From sequence record OQ708377.1: 64,000 nucleotides of DNA. The stretch is one strand, 5' to 3'. This document shows, one piece after another, positions 37,356 to 45,731 of the stretch (its first letter is position 1; each line of letters opens with the position of its first letter). This stretch comes from Escherichia phage vB_EcoM_CRP22. The translations under genes were made by a program, and so were the position numbers. The notes under the pieces were generated by a model. The model was not told where the DNA came from, did no database searches, and worked only from the letters and a program-made list of their open reading frames with translations.

Positions 37356-38425
37356 TTAACCAGCACCCAATCTTTTTAGGTGGTGAGAGAAAAACTTTTG
37401 ACTCACTTAATAAACACTACCCAAAAATCTTTGAGCTTTATAAACAACAAAAAGCACAAGATTGGTCAGAAGATGAGTTCCCTTTTGAACAATCACGTCT
37501 TGATTTTGAGAGTGTTCCAGCATCAATGTCAGGTGTAATGCTTGAGATTCTTAAGTGGCAGTGGGAAGCAGATACTCAAGTTGCTAAGAGCTTGGCATTT
37601 GCCTTTGCACCCTTTATCTCTGATGATATCTATGCAACTGCAATTATGAAGCAGTCTGAGATTGAAAACCTACATGCTCTTACTTACTCAGAGATTGTAA
37701 GGCAATGTATTAAAAACCCTGAAACAATCTTAGATGAGATTAACCAGAATGTTGCTGTACAAGACCGATTAAAAACTGTGAATCGTGTTCTTGAAGAATT
37801 GCTGGATGAAGGTATAAACTACCGACTGAGTTATGTCCGTGACTCACTTCTGGACAAAGACCCTTTACACTTCCATAAAGTGATTCTAAAAGGTCTATTT
37901 GCAGTGACTGCACTTGAAGGTATTTCTTTTATGGCATCCTTTGCATGTACTTTTGCACTTGATGCTCAAGATAAATTTCAAGGTATTGCTCAAGCTGTCC
38001 AGAAAATTATGCTTGACGAAATCCTTCACACTAAAATTGATATTGAAGTTTTAAAAGAAACTTTAAGAGATGATGAGTGGCAAAAAGCTTTCCAACAAAT
38101 TCTTCCAGAGATTAAAGTAATCTTAGATGAAGTAGTTGAAAGTGAAGAGAAATGGTCGTATTATATCTTCTCCGAAGGACGTGCTGTAGTTGGGTTAAAT
38201 ACAAAGCTTCTTCATGAGTGGGTTTACTATAATGCTGCCCCACTGTATGATATGTTTGGCATTCCCAGAGATTTTGTAGCTCCTAAAGAACCACCTTTGA
38301 AGTACATGATTAAGAAGATGGAAATTGATAAAGAGCAGAATGCTAATCAGGAGCAACAGAACGGTGCGTACCTGTTGAATACTGTTGTAGATGATTTGAA
38401 TAGTGGATTTTTAGAGGTTCCTTAA
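37352..38425 (+). CDS. nrdB: ribonucleotide reductase class Ia small subunit
   Basis: Start at ATG 37352 preceded by AGGAG; about 357 aa; directly follows nrdA. Confidence 0.75.
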   Translation: MINQHPIFLGGERKTFDSLNKHYPKIFELYKQQKAQDWSEDEFPFEQSRLDFESVPASMSGVMLEILKWQWEADTQVAKSLAFAFAPFISDDIYATAIMKQSEIENLHALTYSEIVRQCIKNPETILDEINQNVAVQDRLKTVNRVLEELLDEGINYRLSYVRDSLLDKDPLHFHKVILKGLFAVTALEGISFMASFACTFALDAQDKFQGIAQAVQKIMLDEILHTKIDIEVLKETLRDDEWQKAFQQILPEIKVILDEVVESEEKWSYYIFSEGRAVVGLNTKLLHEWVYYNAAPLYDMFGIPRDFVAPKEPPLKYMIKKMEIDKEQNANQEQQNGAYLLNTVVDDLNSGFLEVP

Positions 38426-38667
38426 TGACTTATGTAATTTACTCCAAAACTGGATGCCCTCAATGTGAGACTGCAAAGAATTTTGCAAAAGCTCGTGGTA
38501 TTGACCATGTTGTGAGAATGTTGGGGCAGGATTATGAACTGTCAGACCTGATTGATATTGCACAGATGCCAGTTCGTCAGATGCCATTCATCATGAAAAC
38601 TGATGGTCAAAATCTAAAACCTGTTGGAATGCTACAGAATTTCATGGCAGAGGTGAATAATGCTTAA
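38425..38667 (+). CDS. nrdH: glutaredoxin/NrdH-like redoxin
   Basis: 80 aa with CPQC redox motif near N-terminus (YSKTGCPQCETAK). Confidence 0.6.
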   Translation: MTYVIYSKTGCPQCETAKNFAKARGIDHVVRMLGQDYELSDLIDIAQMPVRQMPFIMKTDGQNLKPVGMLQNFMAEVNNA

Positions 38668-38866
38668 ACGCCTTTGGGAAGGCTTGGTTGTTGATGCACC
38701 AGCTATTGTGATTGGTATGCTTATTGTTAACCTATTTACTGACTTTGAACAAGGTTCATTGTTTGGAGCCATGTTACTATGGGTTATCTTCGAAATATTA
38801 GAGATACAGCTAGGTATCACTGAAAAACTAAGAGAACTCTTTGCGAAGTTTTCTAAAAAGATTTAA
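38660..38866 (+). CDS. small membrane protein
   Basis: 68 aa, two hydrophobic segments. Confidence 0.3.
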   Translation: MLKRLWEGLVVDAPAIVIGMLIVNLFTDFEQGSLFGAMLLWVIFEILEIQLGITEKLRELFAKFSKKI

Positions 38867-38870
38867 AATG

Positions 38871-38896
38871 AAAGGGTCTCTTCGGAGACCTTTTTA
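38871..38896 (+). terminator. rho-independent terminator
   Basis: gggtctcttcggagacc hairpin plus TTTTT. Confidence 0.6.
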
Positions 38897-38914
38897 GCAT
38901 GTAAAGGGGCAATA

Positions 38915-40111
38915 ATGAACAAAGTACAGATTATTAAAAAGAATGGCTCACTCGAAGAACCTGATATCAAAAAAGTTTTAGCAGCAGTCACAAAGTCAGC
39001 TAACAGGGTTGGATATAAAGAACTCCCACCAGATGTTACCCAAGCTCTTGAGTCAGCATTTATGAGGATTCTGGTAAAATCTACTAAACAGAATAATTTG
39101 CTAATTTCTGTAAATGATATTCACAGTATTGTTGAGGGTGCTTTGGCAGAAGTCAATCACGAGATTTATGAGTCTTACTCAACATATAGAAATTACCGTA
39201 AAGAAGTTGCTCAAAATTGGGATGAGCTTTACCAGAAGACCAAAGACACACTCTTCTTAGGTGACAGAGAGAATGCTAACTTTGATAGCAGTTTAATTTC
39301 TACAAAAGGTTCAATTATTCGTGGTTATCTGACTAAAGAAATCTTTAAACAGTACCACTTAACACCAGAGGAACTTGAAGCCATTGAAAAAGGGTTTATC
39401 TACATCCATGACTTAAGAGACCTAATTTTTGGTGGTATCAACTGTTGCCTGTTCGACATTGGTAAAGTCCTGAAAGGTGGCTTTGAAATGTCCGGCATCG
39501 AATATTGTGAACCAAAGTCTGTGCTGTCGGCATTACAGGTTATTGGTGACGTAGTTCTTTCAGCAACTGCACAGCAATTTGGTGGATTTACTTTAGCAGA
39601 GATTGATAAGGTACTTGTACCGTATGCTAAGAAGTCTCTACGCTATCATGCTGAGAAAGCAGCATCTTATGGTATTCCTAAAGAGCATTACCACAATTAT
39701 GTCATGGAGCAGCTACAGATTGAGCTAACTCAAGGTTTCCAGTCACTTGAAATGAAACTAAATACTGTACCTTGTAGTCGTGGGGATTTTGCATTCACAA
39801 CTTTGACATTCGGGTTACTTGACTCAGATATGTCCAATGAAGATAACCGACTGCAATATATAATTGCAAGTACTCTCCTAGATGTTCGTATGAATGGACA
39901 AGGTAAGAGCAAAAAGCCTGTTGTATTCCCTAAACTGGTTTATATTTATGACCAGAAGAGACATAATGAGAATATCTGTCAAGGACACCTGTACAGTAAA
40001 GCCATTGAGTGTTGCTCTAAAGCAATGTATCCAGATTTCTTAAGTGTATCTGGTCATGGTGCTGTAGCAGAGGCTTTTGAGCGTTCTGGCAAGGTAATTT
40101 CACCGATGGGT
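38915..40111 (+). CDS. nrdD: anaerobic ribonucleotide reductase, exon 1
   Basis: 399 codons ending ...GKVISPMG immediately before an in-frame TAA that begins the intron; continues as CRAFLSP... in exon 2. Confidence 0.75.
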
Positions 40112-40852
40112 TAACAAGCTCTATAGCTCATCTAAAACGTGCCTAAACAGGGAAACTCTACAGGTGTAGACAATCCTGTGCTAAATGATGTACGATGTAA
40201 GAAACTATATAAATAGGAGTATTACATGCCAAATTATCATGTTACTGAGGACGGAAGAGTCTTTAGGAAAAATGGTGTAGAACTTACGCAGTGGAAATCC
40301 AACACTGGTTATATGAAAGTAAGGTTTTATGGAAGGAAGAATCGTGACATGTATGTCCATAGGTTAGTTGCTGAAAAGTATGTACCTAACCCTAACAATC
40401 TTCCAATTGTAAAACACAAAGATGATAACAAACTGAACAACCATGCTTCTAACTTAGAATGGGGAACTCATTCTGAGAATGTTAAAGAGGGTTATGAAAA
40501 CGGTTGCTACAAGTTTTGTAAGCGTTCATATGCTGTGAAGGCTACACACAAAGTGACAAAAGAAGTTATTGTTGCTAAGTCAATACGAGAGTTATCCAAC
40601 ATACTCGGATATAATCGCAAGACTATCTCTTCAATATTGAAGGGTGTAAAAGAGCATAATAACTTTGAACATGAATTTGAGTACATTTAAATGCCGAACG
40701 ACTAACCGTGATGAATGTAGCGGTGTAGGGTCAAGCGACTCGAAATGGTACGCTACTTAGAAATAAGTAGAAGATATAGTCTGGACTTACTGGTGACAGT
40801 AAGCAGCTTGAATAAAGCGGGGTAAGCGTAGCGAACTTACCTGAACAACAAG
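40112..40852 (+). mobile_element. group I self-splicing intron interrupting nrdD, carrying an HNH endonuclease ORF
   Basis: Exon 1 ends in U, intron ends in G; 5' core (CTAAACAGGGAAACTCTACAGGTGTAGACAATCCTGTGCTAAAT) and 3' core (GTAGGGTCAAGCGACTCGAAA ... GATATAGTCTG ... CTGAACAACAAG) resemble the phage T4 td intron as recalled. Confidence 0.7.
40226..40690 (+). CDS. intron-encoded HNH homing endonuclease
   Basis: 154 aa; HNH-like core (VHRLVAEKY...NHASNLEWGTHSEN); located in intron loop with its own RBS (ATAGGAG). Confidence 0.65.
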   Translation: MPNYHVTEDGRVFRKNGVELTQWKSNTGYMKVRFYGRKNRDMYVHRLVAEKYVPNPNNLPIVKHKDDNKLNNHASNLEWGTHSENVKEGYENGCYKFCKRSYAVKATHKVTKEVIVAKSIRELSNILGYNRKTISSILKGVKEHNNFEHEFEYI

Positions 40853-41800
40853 TGTAGAGCGTTTTTATCACCATATCATAACGAAGATGGTGAAGAGTTT
40901 TATGTTGGTCGTGCTAACATTGGTGCTGTATCTTTGAACTTGCCAATGATTTACCAGTATTCTAAAGAGAATGGTTTAGATTTCTGGAAAGAGCTTGATA
41001 AGTACCTAGAGATGATTCGCAGCTTCCACAAGAAACGCTACGAAATGATTGCTAACATGCCAGCAAGTTCTAACCCTCTGGCATTCACACAAGGTGGTCT
41101 GTACAAAGGGACTAAGAAACCTACTGACAAGGTTGGTTGGGATATCGTGAAGTCCTTCACAGCTTCTTTTGGGGTTACTGCGCTTGATGAACTATCTGTT
41201 CTTGCTGAAGGTAAACGACTTCATGAAGTTGGAAGTTCTAGTTTTGCATACGATGTTCTGGCATACATTAACATGAAAACTGAAGAGTTTAAGAATGAAG
41301 ATGGCTTCCTGTATGCAGTATATGGCACTCCAGCAGAGTCATTGTGTGGAACTCAGCTAAAACAGTTCAGAGATATGTTTGGCGTTATCAAAGGCGTTTC
41401 TGATAAGGAATATTTTACAAACAGTTTCCATATGAATGTTGCAGCAGATATCTCACCATTTGAGAAGCAGGACTTAGAAGAGCCATTCTTCCATATCTGT
41501 AGAGGCGGCAGAATCCAGTATGTGAGGGTAGCTAACCCAGAAAACTTACCAGCACTTAAAAGTTGTATTACAAGAGGGATGTTGAAAGGTTTTTATCAGG
41601 GACTTAACTTTGACTTAGCAATCTGCGAACATTGTGGCAACAGACCAAAGGCTGATGTTGAAGAATGTGAGGTTTGCCATTCACATGACATCTCTGTGAT
41701 TAACAGAGTGTGTGGGTATCTTGGGTGGACTAAGATTAAAGGTGAATCCCGAATGAATGATGCAAAAATTGCTGAGATTCGTGACAGGGTTTCTATGTAA
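40853..41800 (+). CDS. nrdD: anaerobic ribonucleotide reductase, exon 2
   Basis: In-frame continuation CRAFLSPYHNEDGEEF...; C-terminal glycyl-radical motif RVCGYLG; Cys cluster CEHCG...CEVCH. Confidence 0.75.
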   Translation, partial: CRAFLSPYHNEDGEEFYVGRANIGAVSLNLPMIYQYSKENGLDFWKELDKYLEMIRSFHKKRYEMIANMPASSNPLAFTQGGLYKGTKKPTDKVGWDIVKSFTASFGVTALDELSVLAEGKRLHEVGSSSFAYDVLAYINMKTEEFKNEDGFLYAVYGTPAESLCGTQLKQFRDMFGVIKGVSDKEYFTNSFHMNVAADISPFEKQDLEEPFFHICRGGRIQYVRVANPENLPALKSCITRGMLKGFYQGLNFDLAICEHCGNRPKADVEECEVCHSHDISVINRVCGYLGWTKIKGESRMNDAKIAEIRDRVSM

Positions 41801-41954
41801 AACTTGACAAGGTGGTGTGAGTCTTGATAGGCTTACATCACCTTTTTTATTGGATGTTAGATATGGCAGAGAGCATCATTGGCCTGTTCATAGGTTCTGT
41901 CTTACTGGGGTTCTTTTTAGGACTCTCTTATTGTGAGTTGAGAGATAAGTTAAA

Positions 41955-42155
41955 ATGTTTAAAATATCAAAAACGTTGATATACATACTTCACATTCTAA
42001 TCTTCTTTTTTGGAGTTAGTGTTATGGTATGGGGTTTTTCAGACCCACAATGGAGTTTCGCATATCATGGTCAGATGGATTTATGGTCATGCTTCAAACC
42101 ATTTTTAGGGTTAGCTATAGCATTCAGTGCATTACCAACTAAGGTGAAATTATGA
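41955..42155 (+). CDS. small membrane protein
   Basis: 66 aa, hydrophobic. Confidence 0.3.
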   Translation: MFKISKTLIYILHILIFFFGVSVMVWGFSDPQWSFAYHGQMDLWSCFKPFLGLAIAFSALPTKVKL

Positions 42156-42547
42156 TTAAGTTGAGCAAAAAACAGTTAGAGTGGATTAAAGATTACGCCT
42201 CAGAGTGTGGCTCTTGCGAAAAGAATCACGTAAGATACTCAACATTCCATACAACCTTCACATTGTACATCAGTAACAACGTTCTAAGTGATTCCGTAGA
42301 AGATGGTGTAGCGTTGCCTAATGAATTGCTTGACAAATTAGCTGCAGTCACTGGAACTTGGTCTGAAGAAGACGGTCATGAATTATCTGACGATGTTGTC
42401 TTCTACAGTCTTGAAAATATTATGAATCCAGAGTACATCATACTAATGACTTGTGCACAAGACTGTGTTCCATTACAAAACTTCATTAAAGAGCACTGTG
42501 AGGAGTTTATTACTAAACAGGTTCCTTGTCAGGTAGTGTTTGAATGA
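42152..42547 (+). CDS. hypothetical protein
   Basis: 131-aa ORF between nrdD and nrdG. Confidence 0.3.
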   Translation: MIKLSKKQLEWIKDYASECGSCEKNHVRYSTFHTTFTLYISNNVLSDSVEDGVALPNELLDKLAAVTGTWSEEDGHELSDDVVFYSLENIMNPEYIILMTCAQDCVPLQNFIKEHCEEFITKQVPCQVVFE

Positions 42548-42582
42548 GTAAAACAATTAAATAATATTGGTGAGGTAACTAG

Positions 42583-43068
42583 ATGAATTACATGGAGATT
42601 CGACCATTTGACACAGCTAATGGTGAAGGGGTTCGTGTAAGCCTCTTCGTAGCTGGTTGTAAACATCACTGTGAAGGCTGCTTTAACAGGGAGTCTTGGA
42701 AGTTTAATGCTGGTAAAGAGTTTACTTATGCAAACCTCTACGGCATCATTAAGTTAATGGATGATAAGGCCATTAGTGGGTTGTCAATACTTGGTGGAGA
42801 GCCTCTTGATGATAGAAACATTCAAGAGGTCACCAACATATGTAAACGTATTAAAACTGTTTACCCAGAAAAATCTATCTGGCTCTGGACAGGTTTTCAG
42901 TTACACGAAAAAATCCACCTAGATGTGATGAAATATGTTGACGTGGTGATTGATGGTAAGTATGATTCATCTAAACCAACAGTTAAACCATATCGTGGTT
43001 CTGATAACCAAAACCTCTGGAGAAAAGAGTATGGGTGGCAAGGCGATTGTCAATGGCGAGCAGAGTGA
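42583..43068 (+). CDS. nrdG: anaerobic RNR activating enzyme (radical SAM)
   Basis: 161 aa with CxxxCxxC motif (CKHHCEGC) near N-terminus; adjacent to nrdD. Confidence 0.8.
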   Translation: MNYMEIRPFDTANGEGVRVSLFVAGCKHHCEGCFNRESWKFNAGKEFTYANLYGIIKLMDDKAISGLSILGGEPLDDRNIQEVTNICKRIKTVYPEKSIWLWTGFQLHEKIHLDVMKYVDVVIDGKYDSSKPTVKPYRGSDNQNLWRKEYGWQGDCQWRAE

Positions 43069-43105
43069 ATCTCGTCGTAAAATTGGCTACGGGAAAGGTG
43101 AGATA

Positions 43106-43408
43106 ATGATTATCTCTTTTAATAGTGCTTTATTAGGCACTTATAAGGTTAAGACCAAACTCCTTGATGAGTGGAAAAAGTATACAAACTCACTTTTCGG
43201 TAATGTTGGAATGGAAGCCTTAGCAGAGATTGAGAAGGCTGGAACATTCGAAGTTGTTGGTAAAGGCCACTTTACAATGTTCTACAAAACAAATTTAAAC
43301 GTTGGTGACAGTGTTGTTGGTGTCACTGAAGAAGAACTCAAAACATTTTGTGAAAAGATTGAGAGAGATACTAAATGGGAATCTGGAATAGTTTTAAATC
43401 AAAAGTAA
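43106..43408 (+). CDS. hypothetical protein
   Basis: Start at internal ATG 43106 (MIISFNS...) preceded by AAAGGTGAG, to avoid overlap with nrdG. Confidence 0.3.
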   Translation: MIISFNSALLGTYKVKTKLLDEWKKYTNSLFGNVGMEALAEIEKAGTFEVVGKGHFTMFYKTNLNVGDSVVGVTEEELKTFCEKIERDTKWESGIVLNQK

Positions 43409-43632
43409 AAGCAGCACTGGCATCACTAGGTATGCTTACTGGTGTTGACGTGACTCATCTCATGCAGAACTTCAAGATGGATGAGAAACTAGCTAATGAG
43501 ATTATGAAAAGCATCTATGTAGGTCGTGGCAAAGGTGGTAAAAAACAAGCACATCGACCAACTGGTGCAGCAGCAATTAAACGTGCAGCTAAGAAAGCTC
43601 GTAACCGTAAACGTAACAAGAAGGCTAAATAA
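43375..43632 (+). CDS. hypothetical protein with basic C-terminus
   Basis: 85 aa, Lys/Arg-rich tail (KRAAKKARNRKRNKKAK). Confidence 0.3.
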   Translation: MGIWNSFKSKVKAALASLGMLTGVDVTHLMQNFKMDEKLANEIMKSIYVGRGKGGKKQAHRPTGAAAIKRAAKKARNRKRNKKAK

Positions 43633-43634
43633 TC

Positions 43635-43955
43635 ATGAACAAAGTTTATAATACTCGTAAATTACAGATTTTCGTACTGTGCCAGTTTATGGCTAAAGAG
43701 TATAACTACTACTATTGTGGTACAGGGTTCATTAGTGACAATGACGGCTCATATCTACCATTTAAAGAGGCTGTAAAACTCTTCAATGAAGAGAAAAGCT
43801 CTAAGAAAGATATTGAAAAGGTTAAGCTAACCTACAGCAAGAAAGATAAGAAGATTATCTGCCTAGATAACTTTGTAAAAGTTACTGGAGAAGCAAAAGA
43901 GTTTATGGATGAGAGTGAAATCTCATTTACAAGCATCTTGAAAGTAGCTCAGTAA
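43635..43955 (+). CDS. hypothetical protein
   Basis: 106-aa ORF. Confidence 0.3.
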   Translation: MNKVYNTRKLQIFVLCQFMAKEYNYYYCGTGFISDNDGSYLPFKEAVKLFNEEKSSKKDIEKVKLTYSKKDKKIICLDNFVKVTGEAKEFMDESEISFTSILKVAQ

Positions 43956-43967
43956 ACAGATACTATA

Positions 43968-43996
43968 AGGGGACTGTAAAGGTTCCCTTTTTATTT
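43968..43996 (+). terminator. rho-independent terminator
   Basis: ggggactgtaaaggttccc hairpin plus TTTTTATTTT. Confidence 0.55.
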
Positions 43997-44006
43997 TGGA
44001 GATAAT

Positions 44007-44522
44007 ATGTATCTGTCAAATCTAAAACGTTCGGCTGCAATGTCAGTTCTAAGACTAAGCTTTGAGGAACGTCAAGAGTTCATTGACTCCCACCAATACG
44101 ACCCTTCTAACTCAAATCACATGATTCTCTGGAATCGTGATAACTTCCGTGAAAGAGCACTTGTCCGTTATTACCCACACTACACAATAGATAAACTGTA
44201 TGAATGGTGTGTCGTGAAGAACACTATTGCAACACTGAACAATCTTTGCAGGTATACAGGTAAGCAAACATTCACATTAGGCCACCACAAGCCTGTTACA
44301 AAAGGTGGTGAACATCACTGTGCGAACTGGTTTATCCAAACTAAAGCTGATAACCAGAAGCAAGGAGATAGCCTTCTAAGTACTCCTAAGATGACCTATG
44401 AAGAGCAAGAGAAATATATCAAAAATAATATGCCAGATGTGCTTGACAACAACTATACAGATTTGGCAATATCTCTCCTGTTGAAGTTCGAGACAGTTTA
44501 TAGGGCAACTTACAATGGCTAA
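44007..44522 (+). CDS. hypothetical protein
   Basis: 171-aa ORF. Confidence 0.3.
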   Translation: MYLSNLKRSAAMSVLRLSFEERQEFIDSHQYDPSNSNHMILWNRDNFRERALVRYYPHYTIDKLYEWCVVKNTIATLNNLCRYTGKQTFTLGHHKPVTKGGEHHCANWFIQTKADNQKQGDSLLSTPKMTYEEQEKYIKNNMPDVLDNNYTDLAISLLLKFETVYRATYNG

Positions 44523-44793
44523 AGCAGATTGGGAAATAAAAGACCTAATAAGTGATGCTGGAAATGGTTGTGAGATGTATATGATTCGTGGCCATATACC
44601 AGACCCATTAGCTCTTGAGATGATTGACCGTCACACAAACGGATTCTACAAAGAACTAGGTGAACCAAATGTTGAACGCACTTGGACAAAACCAGTACCA
44701 GATAGCACAGGCAACTGTTCAGTAATCTATCACATTGTGAATCCACAAAAATGCAAAACAGCTATGGCTGTGACATTCGTAACTTTTGATTGA
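44515..44793 (+). CDS. hypothetical protein
   Basis: 92-aa ORF. Confidence 0.3.
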   Translation: MAKADWEIKDLISDAGNGCEMYMIRGHIPDPLALEMIDRHTNGFYKELGEPNVERTWTKPVPDSTGNCSVIYHIVNPQKCKTAMAVTFVTFD

Positions 44794-44803
44794 GAGTAAA
44801 ACT

Positions 44804-45685
44804 ATGAAAACATCTATCCGTGTTATAATTCATTCACCGACAAAAGGGTCTCATGAAGAAGAGTTTAACATCATCCAGTTCCCTTCTGGTGAGATTGGTG
44901 GACACTTTTCACAAGAGCTTGTCGATTTTACTGCTTATGCAGCATCGTCCATCAACAATGTGATTATGATTGTAAAAGGCTACGACAAGGACACATTGTT
45001 TGCTGTGGCACTTGCTAAAGAAGCAATTGATGATTTAATTCCTCATGATTATGCCTTAAAGACTGTCATCTTTTACTACTTACCAAATGCACGATATGAC
45101 CGTCACATGTTTAAAGGTGATGCAGCAGCTTTGAAGGTTTTTGCTAAACAGGTTAATGCAATGAGGTTTGGTGCGGTCTGTGCAGTTGACCCTCACAGTT
45201 ATGTGCCAGATAACCTGTTTAACTGCTTCCAAAGTATTCCTCAAAATGAAATTGCAGTCCACTATGCAAATGACCCACTGGTTGATTACTTAGTAGCCCC
45301 AGATGCAGGTGCTTCTAAGAAGATTGCAGAGACTGCTAAAGAGGTGGATAAACCATACATCACAATGTCTAAAGTACGTAACCTTCAGACTGGTGAAATT
45401 ACTGGTATGCGAATCCTTGATGATGTGGATTTGACAGATAAAACTGTCATGATTCTTGATGATATCTGTGATGGAGGTCGTACCTTCATAGAGGCAGCTA
45501 AACATCTTCGTGAATCAGGTGCAAAACGTGTGGAACTCTATGTAACTCATGGCATTTTCTCTAAAGGTGTTGAAAATCTTCTTGACAATGGCATTGACCA
45601 CATCTACACTACAAACTCTTTAGGGGAAGCTAAAGACCGTGGTTTAACACATTATGGTCAAGTTACTGTAGCAAACCTTGATTAA
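44804..45685 (+). CDS. PRPP-synthetase-fold protein (ribose-phosphate pyrophosphokinase-like; candidate ADP-ribose pyrophosphokinase Adps)
   Basis: PRPP/ribose-5-phosphate binding loop VMILDDICDGGRTFIEAAKHL; start set at ATG 44804 preceded by GAGAG; directly upstream of NAMPT-like gene. Confidence 0.65.
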   Translation: MKTSIRVIIHSPTKGSHEEEFNIIQFPSGEIGGHFSQELVDFTAYAASSINNVIMIVKGYDKDTLFAVALAKEAIDDLIPHDYALKTVIFYYLPNARYDRHMFKGDAAALKVFAKQVNAMRFGAVCAVDPHSYVPDNLFNCFQSIPQNEIAVHYANDPLVDYLVAPDAGASKKIAETAKEVDKPYITMSKVRNLQTGEITGMRILDDVDLTDKTVMILDDICDGGRTFIEAAKHLRESGAKRVELYVTHGIFSKGVENLLDNGIDHIYTTNSLGEAKDRGLTHYGQVTVANLD

Positions 45686-45694
45686 AACTTTATA

Positions 45695-45715
45695 GGGGCT
45701 TCAAAGCCCCATTTT
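45695..45715 (+). terminator. hairpin (attenuator/terminator-like) between the NAD-pathway genes
   Basis: ggggcttcaaagcccc followed by ATTTT. Confidence 0.45.
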
Positions 45716-45731
45716 GAGAGAGATTAAAAAG

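Noticed and set aside
41863-41979. Possible 38-aa hydrophobic peptide (MAESIIGLFIGSVLLGFFLGLSYCELRDKLKCLKYQKR)
   Set aside because: It overlaps the start of the annotated 41955..42155 ORF in another frame and has only a weak RBS; it cannot be distinguished from the alternative start of a membrane protein, so it is left unannotated.
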